A stretch of DNA of 64,000 bases from an uncultured Chloroflexia bacterium (GTDB taxonomy: Bacteria > Chloroflexota > Limnocylindria > Limnocylindrales > CSP1-4), in assembly GCA_963768655.1 (NCBI GenBank), contig CAVYIM010000007.1, forward strand, positions 32,001 through 96,000, given 5' to 3'. The translations under genes and the position numbers were made by a program. How positions within the stretch are numbered: position 1 is the stretch's first letter; each line of letters begins with the position of its first letter. Positions 42,161 to 53,912 of the stretch are shown piece after piece. The notes beneath the pieces are model-generated. The model searched no databases. It saw only the letters and a program-made list of their open reading frames with translations, and was not told the DNA's origin.

Positions 42161-43003
42161 CTACTTACTGGCCGCTTGCGCAGGTTCCCACCGCCAGGCA
42201 GAGCCACGCTTCGTGACATGCCCAAGGCTCGGGAAGGGCGGGAAGTGGAACGCGAGTACCAGGGAGCGGTTGCTCGCTGCCCGGTCGAAGAGCCGTCGCT
42301 TGGTCGCGACTGCCGCCTCGGGATCGTAGTCCCAGACCGGATACCAGCCGGGATGCTCCAGGTGGATCGGATGCATCGCCGCATCGGAGAGGTACAGGAA
42401 CTCTTCGCTCCCGGAGCGAATGGCGACCGCCATATGGCCCGCGGTATGCCCAGCGGCGTCGATCGCGAGGATGCCGGGGACGATCTCGGTCTCGCCGCCG
42501 AGCAGCTCCACCTGGTCCCCTAGCGGCAGCAGGTTCGCCCGGGCCCACTCCCCGAAGAACGGCGCGAGGCCCGCCAGGATGGCCTCGTCGGTCCAGTAGT
42601 CCCACTCGTTGCGGAACATGACATAGCGCGCGTTCGGGAAGGCCAGGTAGCCATCCGCATCGACGTTGCCACCGATATGGTCTGGGTGGCCGTGAGTGAG
42701 GACCACGACGTCGATCTCACTGGGCTCGATCCCGGCACGTCGCAAGTTGCCGTTCAGTTTGCCAACGTTGGGCGTCATGTCGCCCGCTCCCGTGTCGATC
42801 AGGACAAGGTTCGAGTCCGTCCGGATGACGAGGCCGCTGTACGGGGATGGGATCCTGTCCGGCTGATGGCCGTGGGCTCTCAGCGCGTCCGCGACCTCAT
42901 CCGGTGGCGCGTTGACCACGTAGTCCGTCGCGTCGTAGTCCGTGTCACCGTCGCTGACGGCGATGCAGTCCATGGTCCCGATCTTGAACGTGTAGGCACC
43001 CAT
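42161..43003 (-). CDS. MBL-fold metallo-hydrolase
   Basis: THGHPDHIGG, GHTAGH, FHFPPFP.LG. Confidence 0.9.
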   Translation of the reverse strand: MGAYTFKIGTMDCIAVSDGDTDYDATDYVVNAPPDEVADALRAHGHQPDRIPSPYSGLVIRTDSNLVLIDTGAGDMTPNVGKLNGNLRRAGIEPSEIDVVVLTHGHPDHIGGNVDADGYLAFPNARYVMFRNEWDYWTDEAILAGLAPFFGEWARANLLPLGDQVELLGGETEIVPGILAIDAAGHTAGHMAVAIRSGSEEFLYLSDAAMHPIHLEHPGWYPVWDYDPEAAVATKRRLFDRAASNRSLVLAFHFPPFPSLGHVTKRGSAWRWEPAQAASK

Positions 43004-43446
43004 GGCCGCTCCCTGACGTGCTGTCTCAGGTCACCGAGCGACGAACCTCTCGAGGCTGCGTCCGGCTTCGTCTGCACTAGTATTCGCTTTCAGCGGGCGA
43101 AATGCCGCTCTTTCCACCCGGTCGCTGACGCCGCGTAGCTCGGCGGTGGCTCGTGATCCTAGCCAGAGGGTAGCGTCGGCTTATCGCCGCGCAACAGGCT
43201 GGCTGTCGCCGGCTTGATGCGTGAGGCGAAGCTCGACCAGCGACACTCGACCGTCATCCTGACTGACCTCGCCGAACTGGCGAAGGTCCTCGTGTCGGCG
43301 GCGTGACCAAAGCAGTCACGTGACGTGACCGGCACCATCGCCCGCTCGTGTCGGGGCGATGGTCGGGGCGAGAGGACTTGAGGCCGAGATAACAAGCGAA
43401 CCCGCGGCGCAGAGGGAATGTGGCCGGCCCGGCCAGCGCGCGGCTC

Positions 43447-44094
43447 CTACTGAGAAACGACGAGCCAGAGCCGCAACGGCCCAAGAAAGACCCCCAGCAC
43501 CACGGCTCCGCAGAAGACGAACACGCCCAAGGCGATCAGGCCAGCCTTGAGACCCACGAGCTGCTGTGACTTCTTCGCTCTCGCCAGGGCCCGGCCGCCA
43601 ATGTTGGCCGCGGCTAGGGCGGCCACGAAGTAGACAGCCAGACCGACGCCGATAGCCGGGGCACTGCGCTCGCTGATGGCCGGGCCGATTCCTCGCGCCA
43701 CCCCGATCAGCCCCATCCACGGCGCCCACGACACGAACAGCTCTGCGAAGGCGAGGCTCCCCGCCCCTTTCACCGTGGCCGCCGCTCGGAACTCCTCGAT
43801 CGGGCGCCCACCTCTGGAGGCGATCCCATCGTGGAAGACGTAGCACAGGATGGCGTCGGTGATTCCCCGGATGTACTGAGCTCCGAAAATGAGGGACTTC
43901 CCGTCGAAAGCGAGCGGGGCTGACTCAGTCCATCGCGTGGTGGCCGTAGGCGCTGCGAATCTTGCGACCTCCCTCCCCTCCGAAGTGACACTGATGGTAA
44001 ATGGCCCTCCCGGCGCGGCCTCGAATGGCCGACGGGTGCCATCTTCGAGCGGGACCGACCATCGGTTGTGCATCAGGCGCATGTTGTTCTTCAC
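43447..44094 (-). CDS. Membrane hypothetical protein
   Basis: Soluble N-terminus, 3 C-terminal TM. Confidence 0.55.
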   Translation of the reverse strand: MKNNMRLMHNRWSVPLEDGTRRPFEAAPGGPFTISVTSEGREVARFAAPTATTRWTESAPLAFDGKSLIFGAQYIRGITDAILCYVFHDGIASRGGRPIEEFRAAATVKGAGSLAFAELFVSWAPWMGLIGVARGIGPAISERSAPAIGVGLAVYFVAALAAANIGGRALARAKKSQQLVGLKAGLIALGVFVFCGAVVLGVFLGPLRLWLVVSQ

Positions 44095-44436
44095 CTAGTG
44101 GGCCGCATGAAGCGGTGTCGGGCTTCGTCAGCCGTGCTTATCATCCATTAGGCCAGTTCAGCGCGGAGAAGATACGGCTGACCGCCCCAACCAGTTGCCA
44201 GGACAGTGTGCTCTGAGGCCACGAATGAAGGCGGCCAGTTCAGGTCCGTCGGAGCCGCCCCGGGAGCTGAACGCCGGGAACACCTTCGGTCGCGATTACC
44301 GTCCTCTGGGCAGACAGCTGACCCCAGACGGCGTTGCCGCGTCTGGAATTGGACCTGCGACTCGATCCGCTGTCTTGTCGTGCGGCCAGCTTCTGTCCGG
44401 CACGTTGACCGAATGGCGTCGAGCCCCTAACAAGCC

Positions 44437-44924
44437 TCAGTGAGTCCCAATTGGCGTCGGCGCGATCGTGAATGTACCTGTGGTGCGCGTGGTGCCTTGT
44501 CCGTCCTCGATCGAGACGGTGTGCGATCCCAAGGCTTGCCCTCCGGGTACTGCGGTTGAGAAGACCTGCCAGCCCTCGTCCACGGGGATGTTGGTCGCGG
44601 CCGCCCCGTCGATCATGACGGTGATCCCATCCTGGTCGGAAAGCGGTTTTCCAGATCGACGGTCATCCATACCGTCGTTCCCTGCGGGAATGTGTTCGCG
44701 CGTCCAGTCAGGCCGGGAAGACCGTAGTCGTAGCCGGTGCCGAACCAGACCGTCCCAGGAGGAGGCGGTGATGGGGCGGGTGTTGTTGCGCTCTGCCATA
44801 CGGTGATGCCGACCAGCAGGGCAACAATCCATGCCAGGAGTGTCCAACGCAGGCCGGCCCGCCGCGAGCGAGTTGGATTGCTCGCCTTCGCCAGTTGGAC
44901 ACGAGACGCCTCGATGTGGCGCAA
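44437..44924 (-). pseudogene. Frameshifted membrane-anchored Ig-like protein
   Basis: ORF 44613-44924 (TM + start of domain) continues in the frame of 44437-44847. Confidence 0.45.
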
Positions 44925-45041
44925 ACCTTGAACCGCGACGCCAACGGTGCCCCCGAAGAGACTCGCCTTCCAGCCCAGGAGTGCGCAGACGAGGAGGAGG
45001 CAGGCGACCCCCCGTCGATGCCGGGCTAGAGGTCCGCTAGT

Positions 45042-45696
45042 GTGACGCCTCCGCTGCTATTCCAGCCATCCAAGCCGAAGCTCCTACTGGTCGACGGCCC
45101 CGATGATGTCCGCTTCTTCGATAGGTTAGCAGCGCATTGCGGCATCACGGATCTCGAAGTAGTTCCCACCTGGGGCAAGTCCAAACTGTCTACCCTGCTG
45201 TCCGCCGTAGCCCTGACTGCGGGTTTCCGCAGGGTCTCGTCACTCGGGATCGTCCAAGATGCCGACCAAGATCCCGAGGCGGCTTTTTCGCCGGGCCATC
45301 GGTGCGCTCCGGAGCGCCCATTTACCCGTTCCCAGGCAGGCCATGTCAACCGCATCGGCCCCCGGCCACCCATCCGTGACCGTACTTGTGTTGCCGGACA
45401 TCACCTCTCCCGGAGAGCTAGAGGACCTGCTGCTCGCGTCCGTGCACAACGATCCGGCCATGCCCTGCGTTGAGGCCTTCCTCCAGTGCATCGACAAGGA
45501 AGTCCCCGGTAGGAGTCCATTGGATGCCAAGTCCAAGCTCTACAGCTACATCGCCTCATCAGATGACCCAAGGTTGCGCGTTGGAGAGGCCGTCGACCAC
45601 GACCTGTTCCCGCTCGACTCTCCTGCGTTCGAGGCTACTCGGCAATTCCTCGCCCTTCTGAACATGTCAGGCTCGGCTCCGACCGTCTCCCAGTAG
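45042..45696 (+). pseudogene. DUF3226-like TOPRIM protein, frameshift near 45290
   Basis: LLVDGPDD, GIVQDAD, then LPD...PGELEDL, AKSKL in the second frame; upstream remnant ends GLEVR*. Confidence 0.65.
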
Positions 45697-45906
45697 CTCT
45701 CTCCGCATGCTCTAGCAAGCCGCTGCCCGCGAGCGACATTGGCGCACGCTGGCCCACGCTGGCATGGCCTGCCGGCCCTCGGCCTGGGGGGCAGTGGACG
45801 GCTCTCTGTCGACATCTATCCTCCTTCCCCGCTATCGCCGGGGCCATTCCCTACCGGTCCAGGTCGCTACAATCCCATGCAACCCGCAACTGAGGGATTC
45901 CTCGCC

Positions 45907-46260
45907 ATGGCGAACTGGGCTGGCGCTGTGTTTCTGGCAGCCTGCGGTTGCTACCTGGCCTCGTTGTTCTCGTCCGACCTAGCAGTAGACCTGCTCGGCA
46001 CCTCGTACCAAGCGCTACCCTCATTCATCCGTCGGCAGATGTGGCGCAACCCAACGCCCCGCGCGCGCAATGGCGCGTTAGCGCACTTCACCCGCGGCTT
46101 CGATCTCTGCCTGATTGCTCTCTGCCTCTTCGTCTTCGTCGGCACGCTGGTCTACGGTGGATCGCCCGCCGAGGAGAGAGTCGTATCAGCAGGCGGCCTC
46201 ATCGTCTTGCTCGGATGGGTCTGCTATCTGCTTCGCTTGCCGCGCGCAAGGGTTCGGTAG
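45907..46260 (+). CDS. 3-TM membrane protein, paralog of 52645-53001
   Basis: Shared YLA.LFSSD.A.DLLGTSY.ALP.F.RRQMWR. Confidence 0.75.
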   Translation: MANWAGAVFLAACGCYLASLFSSDLAVDLLGTSYQALPSFIRRQMWRNPTPRARNGALAHFTRGFDLCLIALCLFVFVGTLVYGGSPAEERVVSAGGLIVLLGWVCYLLRLPRARVR

Positions 46261-46477
46261 CGGCCGAAGAGTTCTTGCCCGGACCGGGATGTGGTCTGGG
46301 CTTTCGGACGCGCGGCGGTCCCCACTCGGCGGACATAGCGGCATTTAGGCCCGGCCAGTCCCGCTGGCGACATAGACGAACACTCGCCCATGCTAGAGTC
46401 GCCGCGTCGGGCCGGCCCAGGTGGCCCAGGAGACTCAGCCCGCGCCGTGTATAGCGAACCGGGCGAGGGAACCTGTC

Positions 46478-46831
46478 GTGGATTCATGGACGCAGACTTG
46501 GCAATACGCAGCGCTCCTGGGCGTGACTCTGGCAATGGTCGCCTACGGGTCCGTCGCGGGCCTTGCTGCGCGCGGCCGGCTCTCGCCCACGCTGTCGCGA
46601 CCGGTCTCGTTGCTGGCATGGCGTCGGCGCCAGAGGACAGGCGTAAACCGCTCCGTGGCTCGTGTATGGGGGATCTTCCTCGGACTCTGGCAGGTCGTGC
46701 CGGGCTTCACGCTGTTGTCCTGGTGGCTCGACTGCCCCGGGGCAGTGCGTCTTGAGTGCGTCGCGTTCTTCGTCGTCGAGGCGGCCTGGTTCATGTACCT
46801 ACGCCAATTCATGGTTCCATCGCCGGCATGA
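46478..46831 (+). CDS. Small membrane protein
   Basis: 3 hydrophobic segments, GAGG RBS. Confidence 0.5.
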   Translation: MDSWTQTWQYAALLGVTLAMVAYGSVAGLAARGRLSPTLSRPVSLLAWRRRQRTGVNRSVARVWGIFLGLWQVVPGFTLLSWWLDCPGAVRLECVAFFVVEAAWFMYLRQFMVPSPA

Positions 46832-47056
46832 CACGGCCACCCAACTGAACCGCGGCCGGGCCCGGCCGAGGCCCCGCCCCCTGGTGACATTGGCGCACAC
46901 TCGCCCACGCGAGGGCGACCTCGCCCAGACTTGAAACTGCCTGGCACCGATGTCTCGCTGCTAGCCTATGCGCGACCTTCATGCCCGCCGCAACGGAAGC
47001 CCAACATTGGTCGTGGCTCCATGACGCGGTGGGATACAGTCGACCGAAGAGAAAGG

Positions 47057-49129
47057 ATGGGAATGACTTTCACCAAGGTGGCCTGGGTCGTCTGGGGTGT
47101 CTTCATTCTCTACTGGGCCGTCTCTGCCCGGCTCAGTCCCTCGCCTGCCGAGCGCCGCGAGGCATTGTCCGCGCGGTTGGTCTACTTGAGCTTGTTGGTA
47201 GTGGGCATTGCCCTGCTCGTGTTCGACCCGCCCTTCTACGGACCCCTGCTGTGGCGTTTCATCCCAGATGAGATCGGGGCCAATCTCATAGGTTTGGCCA
47301 TCTTGCTGGAGGTTGTCCCGAGTTCCGTGGAATTTGAGTTGAGGGGAGGGTCCTCCAGCCCGGAGCGTGAGCTGTCACGCTACGGGAGACCCGGAAAGTC
47401 GAACTGGAGGAACCCATGCCATCGTCCCACGTCCGGCCCCGCCCTGAGAAGCGATGCCGCCGACCTCGCCGTCTCGTTCACCAGCTTCCTGCTGAGCTGA
47501 CAGGGCGGCTCGAGGGCCATCTCGCCACGTTCGCGAGCCATCTGCGCGAGGGCCTGCTGGCCGCTTCGACCGCGGTCGGCCTCGAGGTCCTCGACGAGCT
47601 GATGGCGGCTGAGGTTGACGGCCTGGCCGGCCCACGCGGCCGCCACCGAGCGGATCGAGTTGCCTATCGCCATGGCAGTGAAGCCGGAACCGTGACCCTG
47701 GGCGGCCGCCGACTCCGCGTCGAGCGGCCACGTGTGCGAAGTGCCGATGGAGCAGCCGAGCTGCCGCTCGCGACCTACGAGGCCGCGAGAGCCAGCGATC
47801 TGCTCGCCGACGGGATCGTCGCCCGGATGCTCGCGGGGCTCTCGACTCGCGACTATCCGGTTGGCCTCGAGCCTGTTGGCGAGGCCATCGAGGAGGCCGC
47901 CGTCTCGACCAGCCACGCCGCCGTCAGCCGCCGCTTCCTCGCCGCCACGGCAGAGCGCCTGGCTGAGCTGCTCGGGCGCAGACTCGACGACCGCCGCTAC
48001 CTCGTGCTCATGCTCGATGGCTTTCGCCTGGGCGATCACCTGCTCGTAGGCGCGCTCGGGATCGACGCCGCCGGCCACAAGGTGCCCCTCGGCGTGGTCG
48101 AGGGCACGACCGAGAACAGCGCGGTGGTCAACGCGCTCCTGGCGGACTTGCGCGATCGCGGTCTGGACACAAGCGCAGGCGTCCTCTTCGTCGTCGACGG
48201 CGGCTCCGCCATCGGTTCGGCCATCCCCACCTTCTTGGGCAAAGGCGTGGCGATCCATCGCTGCCATCGCCACAAAGAGCGCAACGTTCTAGAGCACCTG
48301 CCCGAGATCGAACGACCGCTCGCCCAGCGCCGGCTTCGGGCCGCCTGGGCCGAGCGAGATCCGGACAGGGCGAAGGCGGCCCTCCACTCCCTGGCCCGCA
48401 GTCTGGCCCACAGCCGTCCGGGAGCCGCCGCGTCGCTGCGCGAGGGGCTCGACGACACGCTCACCCTGACGCGTCTGGGCATCAGCGGCTCGCTCTGGAG
48501 GACGCTCGAGTCGACCAACCCGATGGAATCGATGATCGAGATCGTCAAGACGCACGCCCGCCGGGTGAAGAACTGGGAGTCGGGCGAGATGGCGCTGCGC
48601 TGGGCCGCCGCTGGGATGCTCGCCGCAGAGGCTCAGTTCCGCCGAGTCTGTGGCTATCGGGAGCTGCCCATTCTTGCCGCTGCGCTGAAGCGCGAGCTCC
48701 ACATCGAAAGCGAGGCGAGCGCTACCAACCAACCGATATGATCAGCAACCTGGAGACCCGACCCTCACTGAAATTCCACGACGAGCGGGACATCCTCTCT
48801 TGCTGCTCGGCACAGGGTTTGCAGTCTGGGCGCGTCGACAGCTGGGGCAGTACTGGAGCGCCCGTGTTGCGCTTGCAGAAGGCCACCAGCTGATCCAGAC
48901 CGGCCCGTACCACCTTGTGCGCCACCCCATCTATCTCGGTGGCCTGGTGGGAGTCATGGGCACCGCGATCGTCATTGGAGAAATGAGAGGCCTGCTGTCG
49001 GTCGTCTTTGTGCTGGCTGTCGTCGTCCTCAAGATCAGAACAGAGGAAGCCTTCCTGGGTGAGCGGTTCGGTTCAGCCTACCGGCAGTATCGGGATGAAG
49101 TGAAGGCCCTCATTCCCTTTGTCTATTGA
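47057..49129 (+). pseudogene. Isoprenylcysteine carboxylmethyltransferase family gene disrupted by IS256
   Basis: N-part 47057-47308, C-part with GPY..VRHPIY.G and EE..L...FG..Y..Y. Confidence 0.85.
47309..48797 (+). mobile_element. IS256-family element, complete (1489 bp), transposase 47416-48741
   Basis: Terminal IRs gaggttgtcccg/cgggacatcctc, 8-bp TSD TCTTGCTG; LDG, VVDG, RCHRHK, STNPMES. Confidence 0.95.
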
Positions 49130-49444
49130 ATGCTTGGTCGCCCAACAACCGTAGGAACACCGACACGAAAAGGCATCGGAGATTCCGCTGCGCCGGCAGA
49201 GCTAGCCAGGAATGCTGGGAGCCCCAGTGGACTTCAGTCAAGCACTCGCAGCGGCGTCTGGGATCTGGTCACCGGCCGCCCGCTTCGCTGCTATGCGCGG
49301 ATCATGTCGTTGGGACTTCCAGTGCGCCGTGCCGCGCTGTTCGTCCGACGATCCCGGCCTGGCCGCTCGGGCGGCTACGTCGGGGGCCCGCTCAGACCGG
49401 ACCCGTGGCGACCCACCATCTGCCGGGTCATACTGGCTAGCCGT

Positions 49445-49930
49445 ATGGATCAACTTGGCCAGTCTGCCCTCGTCGCCGCTGTCGTTGGCGCTGTCGTTGG
49501 CGGCTTGTCGGGCTTCCTTGTTGCGAGACTTCAGCGGACGTGGGACCTAGATGCTCGGCGGGCGGAGGATCGAAAGGCGCGCTTGAGAGCGGCAGCCGAT
49601 GTGATCTTTAGGTTCCTAGATAACGTCAACGAATGCCGGCGCACGACCGGCTCGCCTTCGGGTCCCTGGCCTCTCTCGCGGCCTATCGACCGTTTGTCCT
49701 CAGCTGACCGGTGGGCGGTGGCATCGGTTTTGTCCATCTTCCCAGACAGGCCGACATGGCCAGGGTTCTTCTATCCAGCGAATTACCTCCTTCAAGGAGA
49801 GGTCCCGTCAGCCACTGTCTCATGCGCTGAATTGGACGACATCGCGGCGTTCGCTAAGCGCAGGTTGCTGCTCCTGACGGTCGAGTTGGAACGTCTGGGC
49901 GACCCTAGTCTCCGCAACCTCGAAAGGTAG
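49445..49930 (+). CDS. Hypothetical protein with N-terminal TM
   Basis: MDQLGQSALVAAVVGAVVGG...; lies between sites 49289 and 50011. Confidence 0.55.
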   Translation: MDQLGQSALVAAVVGAVVGGLSGFLVARLQRTWDLDARRAEDRKARLRAAADVIFRFLDNVNECRRTTGSPSGPWPLSRPIDRLSSADRWAVASVLSIFPDRPTWPGFFYPANYLLQGEVPSATVSCAELDDIAAFAKRRLLLLTVELERLGDPSLRNLER

Positions 49931-50108
49931 GGAGCGTGGCCCATTCCCGCTGTGCGGGAGAAACCCAACACTGGCGCGCGCCGCGGTCGTCGTCTCTCTG
50001 GCCATTGCGTCACGATGTTCGCATCGTGAATGCTGGCGACGCGAGCCCTAGACACTCATGGCATACGTGGACCTCCGCCTTGATCTAGTCTCGTGACAGC
50101 GGCAAGAG

Positions 50109-51597
50109 GAGGATGTCCCGCTCGTCGTGGAATTTCAGTGAGGGTCGGGTCTCCAGGTTGCTGATCATATCGGTTGGTTGGTAGCGCTCGCCTCGCTTTC
50201 GATGTGGAGCTCGCGCTTCAGCGCAGCGGCAAGAATGGGCAGCTCCCGATAGCCACAGACTCGGCGGAACTGAGCCTCTGCGGCGAGCATCCCAGCGGCG
50301 GCCCAGCGCAGCGCCATCTCGCCCGACTCCCAGTTCTTCACCCGGCGGGCGTGCGTCTTGACGATCTCGATCATCGATTCCATCGGGTTGGTCGACTCGA
50401 GCGTCCTCCAGAGCGAGCCGCTGATGCCCAGACGCGTCAGGGTGAGCGTGTCGTCGAGCCCCTCGCGCAGCGACGCGGCGGCTCCCGGACGGCTGTGGGC
50501 CAGACTGCGGGCCAGGGAGTGGAGGGCCGCCTTCGCCCTGTCCGGATCTCGCTCGGCCCAGGCGGCCCGAAGCCGGCGCTGGGCGAGCGGTCGTTCGATC
50601 TCGGGCAGGTGCTCTAGAACGTTGCGCTCTTTGTGGCGATGGCAGCGATGGATCGCCACGCCTTTGCCCAAGAAGGTGGGGATGGCCGAACCGATGGCGG
50701 AGCCGCCGTCGACGACGAAGAGGACGCCTGCGCTTGTGTCCAGACCGCGATCGCGCAAGTCCGCCAGGAGCGCGTTGACCACCGCGCTGTTCTCGGTCGT
50801 GCCCTCGACCACGCCGAGGGGCACCTTGTGGCCGGCGGCGTCGATCCCGAGCGCGCCTACGAGCAGGTGATCGCCCAGGCGAAAGCCATCGAGCATGAGC
50901 ACGAGGTAGCGGCGGTCGTCGAGTCTGCGCCCGAGCAGCTCAGCCAGGCGCTCTGCCGTGGCGGCGAGGAAGCGGCGGCTGACGGCGGCGTGGCTGGTCG
51001 AGACGGCGGCCTCCTCGATGGCCTCGCCAACAGGCTCGAGGCCAACCGGATAGTCGCGAGTCGAGAGCCCCGCGAGCATCCGGGCGACGATCCCGTCGGC
51101 GAGCAGATCGCTGGCTCTCGCGGCCTCGTAGGTCGCGAGCGGCAGCTCGGCTGCTCCATCGGCACTTCGCACACGTGGCCGCTCGACGCGGAGTCGGCGG
51201 CCGCCCAGGGTCACGGTTCCGGCTTCACTGCCATGGCGATAGGCAACTCGATCCGCTCGGTGGCGGCCGCGTGGGCCGGCCAGGCCGTCAACCTCAGCCG
51301 CCATCAGCTCGTCGAGGACCTCGAGGCCGACCGCGGTCGAAGCGGCCAGCAGGCCCTCGCGCAGATGGCTCGCGAACGTGGCGAGATGGCCCTCGAGCCG
51401 CCCTGTCAGCTCAGCAGGAAGCTGGTGAACGAGACGGCGAGGTCGGCGGCATCGCTTCTCAGGGCGGGGCCGGACGTGGGACGATGGCATGGGTTCCTCC
51501 AGTTCGACTTTCCGGGTCTCCCGTAGCGTGACAGCTCACGCTCCGGGCTGGAGGACCCTCCCCTCAACTCAAATTCCACGGAACTCGGGACAACCTC
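50109..51597 (-). mobile_element. IS256-family element, complete, transposase 50165-51490
   Basis: Same protein as 47416-48741; 8-bp TSD GGCAAGAG. Confidence 0.95.
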
Positions 51598-51652
51598 GGC
51601 AAGAGAAGTGGTGGACCGCTCACCGCAAGACACTACCCAAGGGGGAGGCCAG

Positions 51653-52606
51653 ATGTCGGTCGACATCCCGGCTCTAACTGCTGACCTGCAGGCCCAAGCC
51701 GCCAGCTCAGCCAATGAAATCGATCTCCGCATCCGGATCGAGCCCCTTATCGACATGGCTCGTGTTGGGCTGGGAGTAGCCACCGATCCGGAAAGGGAGA
51801 AGACCCTAGACGCCAGGAACAGCGTCGTTACGCTCCGAGGCCGGGCCGACACGATGTACGGCGGCCTCGTGATTGAGTACGAGCCGCCAGGCGCCCTGTC
51901 CACGGCCGGCGGCCTTGCCCACGCGGCCAAGCAGGCTCGGGAGTACATGCTGCTGTCGGCCTCGGTCTCGAGGCCCCACGAGCTTGACGCCCTGCGGCGT
52001 CACGCGGGCATCGTCTTTGACGGACGGCAGATCGGCTTCCTGCGCGCGACTGGACCCTCAGGCCCGGGCCCACTCCTGGTCCAGCTCGAAAAGATGATCC
52101 CGCTGGAGGGGCCATATCCGCTGAGCACCGGCTCGGTTAGCCAGCTCCTGCTCTACCTCCGGGCGCTCGGCAGGAAACGACTTGACGGCCGATCCCTGGC
52201 CGACACCTTTGGTCCGGAGGCGGGAAGCTCACCGCTGGCTCGGGATTTCGTCGCCCACCTGCTGTCTCGTATCGCGGACCCGGCGGCTCCACCGAAACCC
52301 CAGCTGCTTTATGCCGAGTGGATGCGCTCCTTCGGCGCCGTGTACGAGCAGGACACTAACAAGGCACGTCGCGATGCCGGACTCCTGGCGAAGCTGTACG
52401 GCGTTCCCCCAAGTACGGGCCTGCCGAGGCTCCTTTTCACCGTGCAGACGTACTACGCCCTGCTCATGAAGCTTCTGGCAGTCGAAGTGTTGTCGCTCCA
52501 GGCGGGATCACTGATTTCATCTGAAGCCTCCAAGGTCGCCAACGCCGGGCCCTCAGATCGCGCTCGAATCCTTGCCGACCTTGAGGCAGGCCGGCATGAT
52601 CCCTGA
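51653..52606 (+). pseudogene. N-terminal part of type IIG-like restriction-modification enzyme, truncated before MTase
   Basis: GRAD.....VIEYE.PG, Q...Y, FDG..I.F, LFTVQTYYALLMKLLA; no MTase motifs follow. Confidence 0.6.
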
Positions 52607-52644
52607 TCCGTACCAGAACAACCCGTAGCTAAGGACATCTCATC

Positions 52645-53001
52645 ATGCCAACCTGGGCGCAGGCGTCTCTTGTCGCGGTGTGTGGTTTCTACTTGGCAGC
52701 GCTGTTCTCGTCCGATATGGCGATGGACCTCTTGGGCACTTCATACGAGGCGCTGCCCGGATTCGTCCGTCGGCAGATGTGGCGCACTGCCGAGCGGCGC
52801 GGGCAGTCCAATGGCATGGTCGGATCATTGAGTCGGGTCGTCGATCTATGTTTGGTGGGTCTGTGCGTGTCCATATTCGTCGTTGTGCTCGTCTACCCCG
52901 GATCGGAGGTCGGTGAGCAATTCGTGTCGGTGGCGTACCTGCTCGCTCAAGTCGGGTGGTTCTGGTATCTCGCTCGCCTGCCACGGTCGAGAGTTCGATA
53001 G
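52645..53001 (+). CDS. 3-TM membrane protein, paralog of 45907-46260
   Basis: Direct protein similarity. Confidence 0.75.
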   Translation: MPTWAQASLVAVCGFYLAALFSSDMAMDLLGTSYEALPGFVRRQMWRTAERRGQSNGMVGSLSRVVDLCLVGLCVSIFVVVLVYPGSEVGEQFVSVAYLLAQVGWFWYLARLPRSRVR

Positions 53002-53024
53002 GCGCCGAAGACAATGGAGTTGTC

Positions 53025-53801
53025 ATGACGGCCACGGTACGACTCTGGATCGAATCGCCTCTCTCTCTCGATCAATGTCGCGTGCGCCTGGGGGCTGGGC
53101 TTGGCGTTGGAGGAGCTTTCCCGGCAGGATCTGGGGGCCGTGCCAGTCCAGTGATTCGACTGAAGGAGAACACGGTCGAGGCAAGCGTGGTCGGCCCATC
53201 GTCTGGCTCCAGGCGGCAGAGTTGGGGGCGACCTCTGGAATTTAGGGGTCAGCTCGTTGCCAGAGGCACCGGGGCCGATCTCATCGGTCAGACCCACGGC
53301 GAAGGACGGTGGCCAGCGATTCTGTGCTGCCTGTGCCTGGGCTCGTGGCCGTTTCTGCAGACCATCGCGCTTATTGCTCCGGGCGATTGGATTGTGTTGA
53401 TCGTCTTACCTGTCGTTGGCGTCGTGTTCGAGGCGTATCCATACGCCCGGCTTCTCGCGCCGGAGAGAGCGGCGATCGCTCTCGTCCGGTGGCTTAGTCC
53501 CGCCTTGGATGCGTCTCACACGTCGACTGGCATGGTTGGGGACAGGCTCGAGAGCCTCGTTCGTCGCTGCGCCGGGACTGTCCGTTCAATTGAGTATGTA
53601 GCGACGGGCTCGATTGCTGCGGTGATCGCGTTCATCACGCCACCATGGTGGCCCAGGGGACTGGTGCTCACAAACCGGGGTGGCTTCGTCTTGATCGCGC
53701 TCCTCGTAGTCCTGTTGGGTGCGGTAGGAACGATCACCAGCCTGAGGTCAGCTCCGAGACCGGCGTCCGCGCAACCACCTATGCCGCCGTCGATGCCATA
53801 G
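53025..53801 (+). CDS. Membrane hypothetical protein
   Basis: GGAG RBS, 4 TM. Confidence 0.55.
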   Translation: MTATVRLWIESPLSLDQCRVRLGAGLGVGGAFPAGSGGRASPVIRLKENTVEASVVGPSSGSRRQSWGRPLEFRGQLVARGTGADLIGQTHGEGRWPAILCCLCLGSWPFLQTIALIAPGDWIVLIVLPVVGVVFEAYPYARLLAPERAAIALVRWLSPALDASHTSTGMVGDRLESLVRRCAGTVRSIEYVATGSIAAVIAFITPPWWPRGLVLTNRGGFVLIALLVVLLGAVGTITSLRSAPRPASAQPPMPPSMP

Positions 53802-53912
53802 GCGAGCCTGTCGATCAAGTTCGGCTCGAGCTCCGCGGGCACCCTCGCCCGGACCTACGACCTAGTGTCCCGAGCCGCTGCAGGGTAACTGGTTTGCAGC
53901 TACGATTCGGCT

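Noticed and set aside
43205-46302. Degenerate cassette sites with ggcttg (43211) and inverted gaccac (46291) spacers
   Set aside because: Only one arm is acceptable in each; the first is out of order and the second inverted; not counted
47309-51597. Composite transposon formed by the two inverted IS256 copies
   Set aside because: Each copy has its own 8-bp TSD, so they inserted independently
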